Below are positions 27,928-37,332 of a stretch of DNA of 43,366 nucleotides, one piece after another. The DNA comes from Pseudomonadota bacterium (GTDB taxonomy: Bacteria; Pseudomonadota; Gammaproteobacteria; Ga0077536): assembly GCA_039029975.1 (NCBI GenBank), contig JBCCFA010000001.1:1-43366 (forward strand), in the 5' to 3' direction. Both the position numbers and the translations under genes were made by a program. Under the pieces are notes generated by a model, which saw only the letters and a program-made list of their open reading frames with translations, was not told the origin of the DNA and did no database searches. Position 1 is the stretch's first letter. Every line of letters begins with the position of its first letter.

Positions 27928-28998
27928 ATGTTTGAAACCGTAGGTAGCTGGTTTCACCGCTATTTATCTCATCCCCAGGCAGTTTTGCTGGTCATACTTC
28001 TGCTCCTGAGCGCGTTGGTTCTTGCCTACTTTGGACAAATGCTTGCACCCGCACTCGCGTCAGTGGTGATTGCCTATTTGCTGGAAGGGACCGTTGTGGC
28101 CTTAGAGCGTCGGGGGTGTCCTCGCATCGTGGCGGTTGTCGTCGTGTTCGTCGTGTTCATGACGGTATTACTTTTTCTGCTGATTGGTTTGGTACCGATT
28201 GTATCTCGCCAATTGACTAACTTTCTCCAAGAGTTGCCGCGCATGATAAACGACGGTCGTGCATTACTCCTGCGCTTACCGGAACTTTATCCGAACGTTG
28301 TTACCATTGACCAAATTGAAGAAGTGACCGCCAGCATCCGCGGTGGTATAGCGGATTTCGGCCAAAGCGCTTTGTCGTTATCGCTCGCATCGATACCCAC
28401 TTTGGTTACGCTACTGGTGTACTTAATACTTGGCCCAGTCTTAGTCTTTTTTCTGCTCAAAGACAAAGACAAGATCATTGGATGGTTACTTGCCTTCTTG
28501 CCGAAGGAACGCGGCGTTCTGAATCAGGTATGGGTCGAGATGGACGATCAGATAGGTAATTACGTGCGCGGCAAAGTTTACGAAATATTTATTGTGGGCG
28601 CGGTTACCTATGCAACGTTTTCGTTCTTAGGTTTAAATTATGCGCCGCTTTTAGGCGTGATCGTGGGACTGTCAGTTATCGTGCCTTATATCGGCGCCGC
28701 GGTCGTGACTTTACCAGTCGCTTTGGCAGCTTATTTACAGCTTGGCTTCGGCCAGGATTTTACCTGGATTCTCGTTGCTTATGGTGTAATTCAAGCCCTA
28801 GACGGCAACGTACTTGTACCACTTCTGTTCTCAGATGTCGTTAATTTGCATCCCGTCGCAATAATTTTGGCGGTGCTGGTGTTTGGTGGATTGTGGGGAT
28901 TCTGGGGGGTCTTCTTCGCCATTCCGCTGGCGACATTGGTGAAATCACTGCTAAAGGCGTGGCCTAAGACCGCAGACAATGAAGTCGTCACAGCCTAG
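27928..28998 (+). CDS. AI-2E family transporter (PerM/YhhT-like permease)
   Basis: 356 aa multi-TM protein with motifs VPYIGAAV, DGNVLVPLLFS and FWGVFFAIPLA. Confidence 0.8.
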   Translation: MFETVGSWFHRYLSHPQAVLLVILLLLSALVLAYFGQMLAPALASVVIAYLLEGTVVALERRGCPRIVAVVVVFVVFMTVLLFLLIGLVPIVSRQLTNFLQELPRMINDGRALLLRLPELYPNVVTIDQIEEVTASIRGGIADFGQSALSLSLASIPTLVTLLVYLILGPVLVFFLLKDKDKIIGWLLAFLPKERGVLNQVWVEMDDQIGNYVRGKVYEIFIVGAVTYATFSFLGLNYAPLLGVIVGLSVIVPYIGAAVVTLPVALAAYLQLGFGQDFTWILVAYGVIQALDGNVLVPLLFSDVVNLHPVAIILAVLVFGGLWGFWGVFFAIPLATLVKSLLKAWPKTADNEVVTA

Positions 28999-29030
28999 GC
29001 GGGCTTCGGAGACAGCCAAAAAAAATTCGT

Positions 29031-30398
29031 TTAAAGATTTTGCGCAGCGAATTCCGCGAGCCTAGAGCGCTCACCCTGTTGCAGGGTGATGTGCCCACTG
29101 TGCGACCACGATCGAAATTTTTTCACCACGTAGGTTAGTCCCGAGGTTGATTCGCTTAAGTATGGAGAGTCTATCTGTGCGATATTGCCGATACAAACAA
29201 GTTTTGTGCCGGCGCCCGCGCGCGAAATGATTGCGCGCATTTGTTTAGCTGTCATGTTTTGCGCCTCATCGACGATGACAAACCGGTTCGTAAATGTGCG
29301 CCCTCGCATAAAGCCCATTGACCGAATTTTGATACGTTTATGCAATAAGTCTAATGTTGCTGCCTTACCCCATTCTCCCGCTCCGGCGCCGCTATTAAGC
29401 ACTTCAAGATTATCGACGAGCGCGCCCATCCAAGGCGTCATCTTTTCTTCCTCGGTACCTGGTAAAAAACCGATGTCCTCTCCTAAAGAGATAGTTTCGC
29501 GAGTCACAATAATTTCTTGATACTTTCCCTCGTCCAAGGTTTGTGTGAGGCCAGCCGCGAGTGCCAGCAGCGTTTTCCCCGTTCCCGCTGCGCCTAACAT
29601 CGTTACAATATCGATCCGGTCATCGGTAAGTAAATTAAGTGCAAAATTCTGCTCGCGATTACGGGCGTGTATACCCCAAACATTTTGGTGCCCAGGATAA
29701 AAAGAAGTACTTGGTTTACAACGAACTTCTTCGCTAAGCGCAGTCACTATGTACTCGTCGCTCGTTTCATTGCCTGCGAACAAACCCTCATTTGGTGAAA
29801 GTGGCGGAACGGCTTTCGCAGGCAACGTGAAATCCTTACCGGATGGAGATCTTTCTGGCGTAAGGTCAATGTCTTGATAACCGGCAAATAGCACGTCGAC
29901 GTCATTGAGCACTTTGTCGTTGTAATAGTCCTCAGCGTGTATTCCTAGCGCTTGTGCTTTAATTCTTAAATTAATGTCGTTAGTGAGCAGGGTCACATCG
30001 CGATTCGACTCGCGAGATTTCAGAGTAACAACCGCAGAGAGAATTTGGTTGTCTTGCGAGTTACCCGGCAAACCTGCAGGTAAATTAGAGTCTGAAGAAC
30101 CGAAGGTTTGCAGCAACAATTTGCCGCTCTCTGAGGATTCTTGAACTGAATCAGCACTGGTGATATGCAGCGGGATGCCTGCTTCTATTTGCGCTGCCGA
30201 CGCGTCCTTGATCAACTGGTCAAGCCGTCTCGAGACTTCGCGCGCGCTTCGGGCTAAATCGGAAACGCCTTTTTTCGCGGCGTCTAGTTCTTCTAGCACG
30301 GTCATCGGAATGAATACATCGTGTTCCATGAAACGGAATAGCGCCGCCGGATCAGTGAGCAGCACATTGGTGTCGAAAACAAAAATCCGAGTGGACAT
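29031..30398 (-). CDS. PhoH2-type protein: N-terminal PIN domain fused to PhoH-like ATPase
   Basis: 455 aa. PIN region has FVFDTNVLL and LLTNDINLRIKA. P-loop is GAAGTGKT, with Walker B VIVDEAQN and GNIAQID. Confidence 0.85.
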   Translation of the reverse strand: MSTRIFVFDTNVLLTDPAALFRFMEHDVFIPMTVLEELDAAKKGVSDLARSAREVSRRLDQLIKDASAAQIEAGIPLHITSADSVQESSESGKLLLQTFGSSDSNLPAGLPGNSQDNQILSAVVTLKSRESNRDVTLLTNDINLRIKAQALGIHAEDYYNDKVLNDVDVLFAGYQDIDLTPERSPSGKDFTLPAKAVPPLSPNEGLFAGNETSDEYIVTALSEEVRCKPSTSFYPGHQNVWGIHARNREQNFALNLLTDDRIDIVTMLGAAGTGKTLLALAAGLTQTLDEGKYQEIIVTRETISLGEDIGFLPGTEEEKMTPWMGALVDNLEVLNSGAGAGEWGKAATLDLLHKRIKIRSMGFMRGRTFTNRFVIVDEAQNMTAKQMRAIISRAGAGTKLVCIGNIAQIDSPYLSESTSGLTYVVKKFRSWSHSGHITLQQGERSRLAEFAAQNL

Positions 30399-30681
30399 TA
30401 AACTAAACCAATTAGTTGAGGCGGGCTGTTATTTGCGAAATTGGGCGTGACAAAAAATTCTCTACCTGAAGCGAGGACCCTATTGTAGGGACGAAAATGA
30501 AAACGCGATAGACGATGATTGGATTTTGGGTCTAGCTTTGATCCCCGATCGGCTCGGTCGCGTCAAAAGCGGATGGAAACGGTACCAGTTAATCCCTAAT
30601 CTGTTTGCTATTTGGCCGTTTAAACTTGTCATATATTTAGTGGAAAGTTACCATAAGCGATTGTTTTAGAGAGTATTTGCA

Positions 30682-31572
30682 ATGACAAAGATAGCCGGAA
30701 GTATGGTTGCCATTGTCACGCCCATGAGCGGCGGAATCGCACCCGATAGCCCGATAGACTGGGTGGCGTTAGACCGGCTGCTCGAATTCCATATCGACAA
30801 CGGCACCGACGGTATCGTTGCGGTTGGCACCACCGGTGAATCGGCAACACTTAGTGAAGAAGAGCACTGCCAAGCTATCAAGCATGTGGTGGACAAAGTG
30901 GCGGGCCGCATTCCGGTTGTTGCAGGAACGGGTGCTAATTCAACGAGCGAAGCCGTACGCTTAACCCAATGTGCAAAGGAAGCGGGCGCAGATGCCTGCC
31001 TGCTAGTGACGCCTTACTACAATAAACCGACTCAGCAAGGGCTTATTGACCATCACTCCTTCGTTGCCGAAGCGGTTGATATACCGCAGATACTTTACAA
31101 TGTGCCGGGACGCACGGCTTGCGATATGTCTGTCGCGACGATAACCGAGCTGGCTAAAGTACCTAATATTGTTGGCGTTAAGGAGGCAACTGGCGAGGTC
31201 GAAAGGGTTTCGCCCCTACGCGAAGGCTGTGGCGAGGAATTTTTACTCCTAAGCGGGGATGACCTCACGGGCCGGGATTTTATGCTCGCAGGCGGAGACG
31301 GGGTCATATCGGTAACGGCCAATGTCGCACCCAAATTAATGAATGAACTGTGTGCTGCTGCGCTGGCCGGAGACGCGGAAAAAGCGGCCGAGGTAGACGA
31401 CAAGCTAGTTGCGCTTCATCGCGATTTATTTGTCGAGTCGAATCCGATACCCGTTAAATGGGCCATGCATAAAATGGGGTACGGTGATCCGGCGATTCGA
31501 CTCCCGCTAACCTGGTTGCCGGCCGCGGAACAAGCGGTGGTCGCTAAGGCGATGGCGGCTGCCGGTATTTGA
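30682..31572 (+). CDS. dapA: 4-hydroxy-tetrahydrodipicolinate synthase
   Basis: 296 aa with motifs GSMVAIVTPM, GTTGESATLS, TPYYNKP, YNVPGRT and GVKEATG. Confidence 0.92.
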   Translation: MTKIAGSMVAIVTPMSGGIAPDSPIDWVALDRLLEFHIDNGTDGIVAVGTTGESATLSEEEHCQAIKHVVDKVAGRIPVVAGTGANSTSEAVRLTQCAKEAGADACLLVTPYYNKPTQQGLIDHHSFVAEAVDIPQILYNVPGRTACDMSVATITELAKVPNIVGVKEATGEVERVSPLREGCGEEFLLLSGDDLTGRDFMLAGGDGVISVTANVAPKLMNELCAAALAGDAEKAAEVDDKLVALHRDLFVESNPIPVKWAMHKMGYGDPAIRLPLTWLPAAEQAVVAKAMAAAGI

Positions 31573-31720
31573 GCCGGTTTTCGAGGAAATAAACGCGCCG
31601 TTACGTAAATATTCAGGCTAGGTGGTTTAATTTTTGCGCCGAGATTTATCATTCGATATTCGAAAAAATATCTGCAACGCGAAATAAAGTAGCCGACTGG
31701 CCCTAGAGAGACCAATTCAA

Positions 31721-32836
31721 TTGAAAAAGAATACGCAAATTATTCGCACGATCTTCATTTTAGTATGCTCGCTTAGCATCGTTGCTGGGTGCAGCAAACT
31801 TAAGCCGAAGCTTGATGAAGTGCTACCGGATAAACGCACTGCTTATAAAAAGAGTAAATCGCTGCCGGACCTCGAAATTCCGCCGGATCTGACAACGGAT
31901 GCTATTCGTGACCAAATGGCAATCCCGCAAGGGGGCGACACGGCAACCTACTCCACTTACCAAGAGCGGCAGGCCACGGCTAAAAAGCAGCGCGAGCTTG
32001 AGAACACCCAAGACAGTGCGATTCAGTTACTGGACAACGAGCACATCTTGGCGGTCCAAGGGGCGACGGTGCAAATTTGGCCGCAGTTGCAAACATTTTG
32101 GGATGATCTTAGCTACCCGTTGGAGTTGAATGACGAAGAGCTTGGCGTCATTGAAACAGAATGGCGAGAGAATCAAGAGGAATTGATTCGCGACAAGTTC
32201 AAAATCTTCGCGGAAGCGGGCGAAGAACAAAACACTACGGTTCTATACGTTTCGCATCGCGGCGAGCAGCTGGTTCCGCAAGGCGAGAAGCTAGTGTGGC
32301 AACCGCGGCAACGCGAGGTTGAATTAGAAAGAAAAATCGTTGAGAGATTACGAGATCACCTCGGTGCGGTGGGCGGTGGTGGTGCCGTCGCTTCCACGGA
32401 GGACGCCGCCTCATATGATAGCGGCTACGAAGATGAGTCGGCTGAGGCGAGCGAGTCTGCCTCTAATCGATCTGAAATATTGAGCGCCGGTAGCGGCAAA
32501 ATCTATATTTCTTTACAAGAAGAATTTTCAACGGCCTGGGATAGTACCGAAGCGGCCTTATCTGCAGCGGGTATTGCAGTGGAAGAGGCGAATAAATCGC
32601 GAGGCGTTTACGCCATAAAATTGCCAAAAGGCGCCGGCGAGAAAAAAGATGGCATGTTTTCGAAGCTCAAATTTGGGGGTGATAAAAACGACACTTACCA
32701 ACTTAGTCTTACCGGTGTCGGTACCAAAACGGAGTTAGTATTGCTCAACAACGATGGCAAATGGGAAACAAGTGAAGAAGGAACGAATGTTCTAAGACGA
32801 GTGCATCAAGCCTTACTTCAGGGGGCAGGGAGATAA
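31721..32836 (+). CDS. bamC: Outer membrane protein assembly factor BamC (NlpB-family lipoprotein)
   Basis: 371 aa with a TTG start and lipobox IVAGC. It occupies the conserved position after dapA. Contains a low-complexity G/acidic insert (GGGGAVASTEDAASYDSGYEDESAEASESAS). Confidence 0.65.
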   Translation: MKKNTQIIRTIFILVCSLSIVAGCSKLKPKLDEVLPDKRTAYKKSKSLPDLEIPPDLTTDAIRDQMAIPQGGDTATYSTYQERQATAKKQRELENTQDSAIQLLDNEHILAVQGATVQIWPQLQTFWDDLSYPLELNDEELGVIETEWRENQEELIRDKFKIFAEAGEEQNTTVLYVSHRGEQLVPQGEKLVWQPRQREVELERKIVERLRDHLGAVGGGGAVASTEDAASYDSGYEDESAEASESASNRSEILSAGSGKIYISLQEEFSTAWDSTEAALSAAGIAVEEANKSRGVYAIKLPKGAGEKKDGMFSKLKFGGDKNDTYQLSLTGVGTKTELVLLNNDGKWETSEEGTNVLRRVHQALLQGAGR

Positions 32837-32916
32837 GCGCTTATACCGTCTCTTGCGCACCGCAGCGCCGTCGTCAAAAAAATATTTCAGCGAGAGTAGT
32901 TTCACAAACCTTATAG

Positions 32917-33681
32917 ATGCAGTTTTCAGTCTTATCCAGCGGCAGCGGGGGGAATGCGACTTTGGTTGTAGCGGACTCTTCGGCGGTGTTGATTGACTGC
33001 GGCGTGTCGCTGAAAAGCCTGAAAGAACGCGCGGATTCTATTTCATTTGATTTAAACGAATTAACGGCTGTGCTGGTAACTCACGAGCATGGTGACCACG
33101 CCGGGAACGTTGCGGCGCTGGCACGCAAATATCAAGTACCGGTATACCTCACGCACGGCACTGCGGTGGCCACCAACATGGCTGCAGAGCGCGGTGTAGA
33201 AATACGAGAAATCTCACCACATCGGGAATTTTCTATTGGGGCGCTCACAATTCAACCCACCCCGGTACCTCACGACGCACGCGAACCGTGCCAATTCGTA
33301 CTAGAAGACCAAAACCACAACCGCTTAGGCATTCTCACGGATATCGGCTCTGTCACGCCGCATGTTGAAGCCCATTTTCAGCATTGCCATGCCTTGATCC
33401 TGGAATTCAATCACGATCCTGAGCTTCTCGCGAATTGCTCATATCCAGAATCGTTGAAGGCCAGGGTCGCCGGTCGATATGGTCATTTCAGTAACAGGCA
33501 AGCAAGCGCTCTGTTAAACAAACTTGCTCATCCCGCATTGGGGCTGATTATTGCGGCCCACCTCAGTGAAAACTCCAACACGCCAGAACATGTAAGCGAA
33601 ATCCTACAGGCGGCGCCAATCGATGCTAGGTGGCAGATTGCTGAGCAACATCAAGCCATGCCGCTGATGCAGGTTATTTAG
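32917..33681 (+). CDS. MBL-fold metallo-hydrolase
   Basis: 254 aa with the metal-binding motif THEHGDH. Position after bamC is as in pseudomonads. Confidence 0.75.
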   Translation: MQFSVLSSGSGGNATLVVADSSAVLIDCGVSLKSLKERADSISFDLNELTAVLVTHEHGDHAGNVAALARKYQVPVYLTHGTAVATNMAAERGVEIREISPHREFSIGALTIQPTPVPHDAREPCQFVLEDQNHNRLGILTDIGSVTPHVEAHFQHCHALILEFNHDPELLANCSYPESLKARVAGRYGHFSNRQASALLNKLAHPALGLIIAAHLSENSNTPEHVSEILQAAPIDARWQIAEQHQAMPLMQVI

Positions 33682-33718
33682 CCATCCGCTACATCTCGAG
33701 CGAATTTTGTTGCTTTGG

Positions 33719-35128
33719 TTATTTTTTCTTGAGCGTATGCTTGCGTAACCGTTTCTTTTTTTCGATTTGCCGGGGAGTAAGTTTGTTACGTTTTTGGGAA
33801 AACGGATTGTCGCCTTGGCGAAGGTCAATTTTAATTGCCGTGCCAATCAAACCGAGGGCATCGCGGAAAAAATTACCGAGATAACGTTTGTAGGAGTCTG
33901 GTAAGGATTTTACTTGGTTGCCGTGAATGACGATGCGTGGCGGATTGTTTCCGCCCAGGTGAGCATGTTTGAGTTTGATTCGCCGCCCCTTTACTAGCGG
34001 TGGTTGGTGTCCCGTAACGGCCGTTTCGAGCAGCTTGGTTAGGTCGGCAGTATTGATATCAACCATGGAGGCTTGATACGCGCGTTCGGCACTATCGAAT
34101 AAATCACCGACACCAGTACCATGGAGTGCAGAGATAAAGTGCTGCTCGGCGAACGCCACAAAGCGCAAACGTCTGTCGAGTTCTTTAACGATTAGTTGCC
34201 TCTGATCTGCGGGTAAGCCATCCCACTTGTTGATTGCAATTAACAGCGATCGACCGCTGTCCAGTGCCAAACCCAGCAAATGCAAATCCTGCTCGGTAAC
34301 GTTTTCTTTGGCATCAATAACCACGATAACCACGTGGCTAGAGTCGACCGCTTTTAAGGCTTTTACGACAGAGAATTTTTCAACTCGTTCCGCAATCTTG
34401 CCGCGCCGCCTAACGCCCGCCGTATCGATGAGCGTGAAGCGAGTCCCGCGACGCTCGATAGAAGTGGCAATACTGTCGTGGGTAGTGCCCGGAAAATCGG
34501 CCGTCAGCATGCGCTCTTCACCAAGCATGCGATTAATTAAAGTCGATTTTCCTACGTTGGGGCGCCCGATAATGGCAAGTTTAATGCTGTCGTCTTCTTC
34601 GCTTTCGTTGTCCGAGCGTGGAGGCCATTGATCGCTGATTTTCGAAATTAGCGCTTCAATCCCTTGTCCACGAAGTGCCGAGATGAGATGCGGCTCTCCG
34701 ATTCCTAACTCATTAAATTCGGCCGCAGCAGTTGATGAGATACGGTCTGACTTGTTCACCGTAAGGAAGATAGGTTTTCCAGATCTGCGAGCGCTATTCG
34801 CGATATATTGGTCCTCTGCGGTGATACCGACCGCACCATCTACCACGAATATCAAGGCGTCGGCGTCGCTTACCGATTCTAGCGCGCGCTTGCTCACGAG
34901 TTCGTTGACTTCGCTAGTTGCACCGGAATCGATACCGCCAGTATCAATGACTAGGTAGTCGGCATCTCCAATTTTGCCCTCACCGATATTGATGTCGCGG
35001 GTGACGCCCGGTTCATCGGCGACCAAAGCATCCCGGGAGCGAGTCATGCGATTGAATAATGTAGATTTGCCCACGTTCGGGCGGCCTATGATGGCAATAA
35101 CGGGTATGGATTGCTCGGATTGATGCAT
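33719..35128 (-). CDS. der: Ribosome biogenesis GTPase Der (EngA)
   Basis: 469 aa with two G domains, each carrying GRPNVGKST, DTGG/DTAG and NKxD, plus a KH-like C-terminus with a basic tail. Confidence 0.95.
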   Translation of the reverse strand: MHQSEQSIPVIAIIGRPNVGKSTLFNRMTRSRDALVADEPGVTRDINIGEGKIGDADYLVIDTGGIDSGATSEVNELVSKRALESVSDADALIFVVDGAVGITAEDQYIANSARRSGKPIFLTVNKSDRISSTAAAEFNELGIGEPHLISALRGQGIEALISKISDQWPPRSDNESEEDDSIKLAIIGRPNVGKSTLINRMLGEERMLTADFPGTTHDSIATSIERRGTRFTLIDTAGVRRRGKIAERVEKFSVVKALKAVDSSHVVIVVIDAKENVTEQDLHLLGLALDSGRSLLIAINKWDGLPADQRQLIVKELDRRLRFVAFAEQHFISALHGTGVGDLFDSAERAYQASMVDINTADLTKLLETAVTGHQPPLVKGRRIKLKHAHLGGNNPPRIVIHGNQVKSLPDSYKRYLGNFFRDALGLIGTAIKIDLRQGDNPFSQKRNKLTPRQIEKKKRLRKHTLKKK

Positions 35129-35169
35129 GCGCTAAACCATCAATGGTCGGGTTCAAAGAACCTCTGGTT

Positions 35170-35206
35170 AACAAGCCGATTGGCTTGTTGGTAGTTACGA
35201 ACAAGC
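35170..35206 (-). promoter_or_regulatory. Mutually exclusive hairpins in the bamB-der spacer
   Basis: AACAAGCC (35170-35177) pairs with GGCTTGTT (35182-35189). GCTTGTT (35183-35189) can instead pair with a third copy, AACAAGC (35200-35206). Read directly. Confidence 0.3.
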
Positions 35207-35211
35207 GATAC

Positions 35212-36489
35212 TTATAGTTGGTCGTCTATGTCGTAAATTTCTTCTTGGTCTGTTGTTTGTTCCTCGACGGATTCCTCTTCGAGTGGTTCAGCGGGCTCGG
35301 ATTGCACGATTTTCTCTCCAATCCGGAAAGCGCTCAATCTGCCTGAAGAGCTAAAACCCAACAGCAAAGAATCTGCGTCTTTAGCTGGTACTAGTATGCG
35401 ATCGCCATCTATCCGGGTTCTGGCAACGAGTGAACCCGTGCTGCGGTCGATCCAATGCAGATAACCCTCTAAATCACCCACCACAACGAAATCTTCATAG
35501 GCGGTTGGTCCCGTAAGCTGCCTTGCCGTAAGCCCTTCCTGTTTCCATACTGCGGTACCTGAGTCTCTTTCCAGCGCCCAGACATTGCCTTTTTCATCTG
35601 TGACATAAACGTGAGCATAGTCCACCGCAAGTGTTGCGTAGGAAGACAAATCTCTGGTCCACAGCAGACTACCGTCAAACACAGATACGGCGGCGATACT
35701 GCCTTGAAAACTAGCGATGTATATTGTGTCATCGTAAATTATCGGTTCCGAGTCGATATCTACCATACGTTCCAGATCAGATCGCCCGCTAGGTATGGCA
35801 ATCCGTTGTTCCCATTCTTGTTTGCCGTTTTCGAGATCGAGTGCCGCGAGGCGCCCGTTATCAAAACCCGCGATGACTAAACCTTCGTGTATTACCGGCG
35901 GACTGGTTCCCCTCAAGGTTAGGGTAGGAATAGAGCGGTCGTAGATCCATTTTCGTTTGCCTGAATTAACATCAAGGCCAAAAAGTTTGCCGTCCCCGGT
36001 GCGAATAACAGCGGTCGCTCGATCGATTCTAGGCGGCGCGAGGACTTCACTAGACACCTTAGTCCGCCACATTTCCTCGCCATTTTCGGCGCTGTAGGCA
36101 ACTACTTCAGCATCCGAAGTGCCGATAAGAACAGCACCTGCACCGACCCCCGGTCCGCCAGAAATACGAAACTTCTTGTTCCGAACCGCCCAGATTTCGT
36201 CACCAGATTCTAAATCTAAGGAAATCACACGACCGTCGCGGTCGGCGGTGTAGACGCGTGAACCGGCGTGCTCTGGTATCAACGCGATGTAGAGTTCCTC
36301 TACGCCTTTGCCGTAACGACCCGACCATGCTTTGTTAACGTCCACACTAGGTTCGAAGTCGAGAAGTTCTGCAGGTTTTGCGGCGTTGGACTCTTCAATG
36401 CCAACAGCGCCTTTTACCGTCTCAGTAACATCCGACATTGTTTCGCAGCCCGCTACGAAACACAGGGCGACTAACCATATTGATCTCAT
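35212..36489 (-). CDS. bamB: Outer membrane protein assembly factor BamB (PQQ-like beta-propeller lipoprotein)
   Basis: 425 aa with lipobox FVAGC and repeated propeller blades (e.g. G.V.ALD...G...W). yfgM-bamB-der context. Carries an acidic C-terminal tail. Confidence 0.85.
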   Translation of the reverse strand: MRSIWLVALCFVAGCETMSDVTETVKGAVGIEESNAAKPAELLDFEPSVDVNKAWSGRYGKGVEELYIALIPEHAGSRVYTADRDGRVISLDLESGDEIWAVRNKKFRISGGPGVGAGAVLIGTSDAEVVAYSAENGEEMWRTKVSSEVLAPPRIDRATAVIRTGDGKLFGLDVNSGKRKWIYDRSIPTLTLRGTSPPVIHEGLVIAGFDNGRLAALDLENGKQEWEQRIAIPSGRSDLERMVDIDSEPIIYDDTIYIASFQGSIAAVSVFDGSLLWTRDLSSYATLAVDYAHVYVTDEKGNVWALERDSGTAVWKQEGLTARQLTGPTAYEDFVVVGDLEGYLHWIDRSTGSLVARTRIDGDRILVPAKDADSLLLGFSSSGRLSAFRIGEKIVQSEPAEPLEEESVEEQTTDQEEIYDIDDQL

Positions 36490-37139
36490 TGCGTATTAGG
36501 GGTTTGCGCCTGCAAAAAGTTCAAGTTGTCGAGTTTTAGCTGAACCGGCTCAAGGTCGATACCGAATTTCTCGGCTTGGAGTACCGCTAGTTCGTATGCT
36601 TTTCGCGCTGCGTCGGTATCACCTTCGGCAAGCAAGATGTCGCCGCTCAGCTCGACGAAGCGGCCCTTTTCATCACTATTTAACGATTCAAATAGCGTAG
36701 AAGAAGCAGCGACATTCCCCTCATTAAGTAATATTTGTGACAACCTTGCGATCGCTATTGCACTAAGTTCAGATTTCTTGGGGTGATCTATCACCCACTG
36801 GAGACGCTGTTTCGCCGTTTCGAAATCATTGGCGTCGACTGCTAACTTTGCGCTCACCAGGGCGGCCATTTTCGCGTACGGGGAGTCTGGTTGGTTGGCA
36901 ATGATTGCGTCAGCCGCAGTGGTCGCTTCATCACTGGCTCCGGCTTGCGACACAATCACCAGGTGTTCGTAATTTGTAGAAGCGCTTTCGCCCGCTAGCA
37001 TTTTGCTGTTTTCCCAGTAGCGGTAGCCAAAGATACCACCTAAACCGAGCACCAGACCTACGATGATTGCATTGCCGTTCGCATCCCACCATTTTTTGAT
37101 TTTCTCAATCTGTTCTTTTTCAGAATCGTAAGCGTCCAA
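36486..37139 (-). CDS. yfgM: YfgM-family membrane-anchored TPR-like protein (ancillary SecYEG/chaperone partner)
   Basis: 217 aa with a TTG start. The N-terminus EKEQIEKIKKWWDANGNAIIVGLVLG is followed by one TM and a TPR-like domain. Position is between hisS and bamB. Confidence 0.7.
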   Translation of the reverse strand: MDAYDSEKEQIEKIKKWWDANGNAIIVGLVLGLGGIFGYRYWENSKMLAGESASTNYEHLVIVSQAGASDEATTAADAIIANQPDSPYAKMAALVSAKLAVDANDFETAKQRLQWVIDHPKKSELSAIAIARLSQILLNEGNVAASSTLFESLNSDEKGRFVELSGDILLAEGDTDAARKAYELAVLQAEKFGIDLEPVQLKLDNLNFLQAQTPNTQ

Positions 37140-37198
37140 CTGAGGTCTCCGGGCCGAGCATAAACGGGCCGATGTGTAGTAGTTTTTTGGGAGCGCAG

Positions 37199-37226
37199 AT
37201 TATACGCGACTGTGTGCGAAGATCAG
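37199..37226 (-). promoter_or_regulatory. Candidate sigma-70 promoter for yfgM-bamB-der
   Basis: On the minus strand: CTGATC, 16 nt, then TATAAT (perfect -10 at 37199-37204), about 60 nt upstream of the yfgM start. Confidence 0.25.
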
Positions 37227-37332
37227 CGAAATTCGAGCTACAAAGCGCTAAATTCCCGAATCGAGAACTGTTCTCGGCCGCTCAGAAGACGTTCTCCGGT
37301 GAAACAGGGGAGATATGAGCAACTATCAATAT

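Noticed and set aside
30399-30681. Lysine riboswitch upstream of dapA
   Set aside because: I could not find the conserved lysine-riboswitch core elements. In gammaproteobacteria this riboswitch normally controls lysC or transporters rather than dapA.
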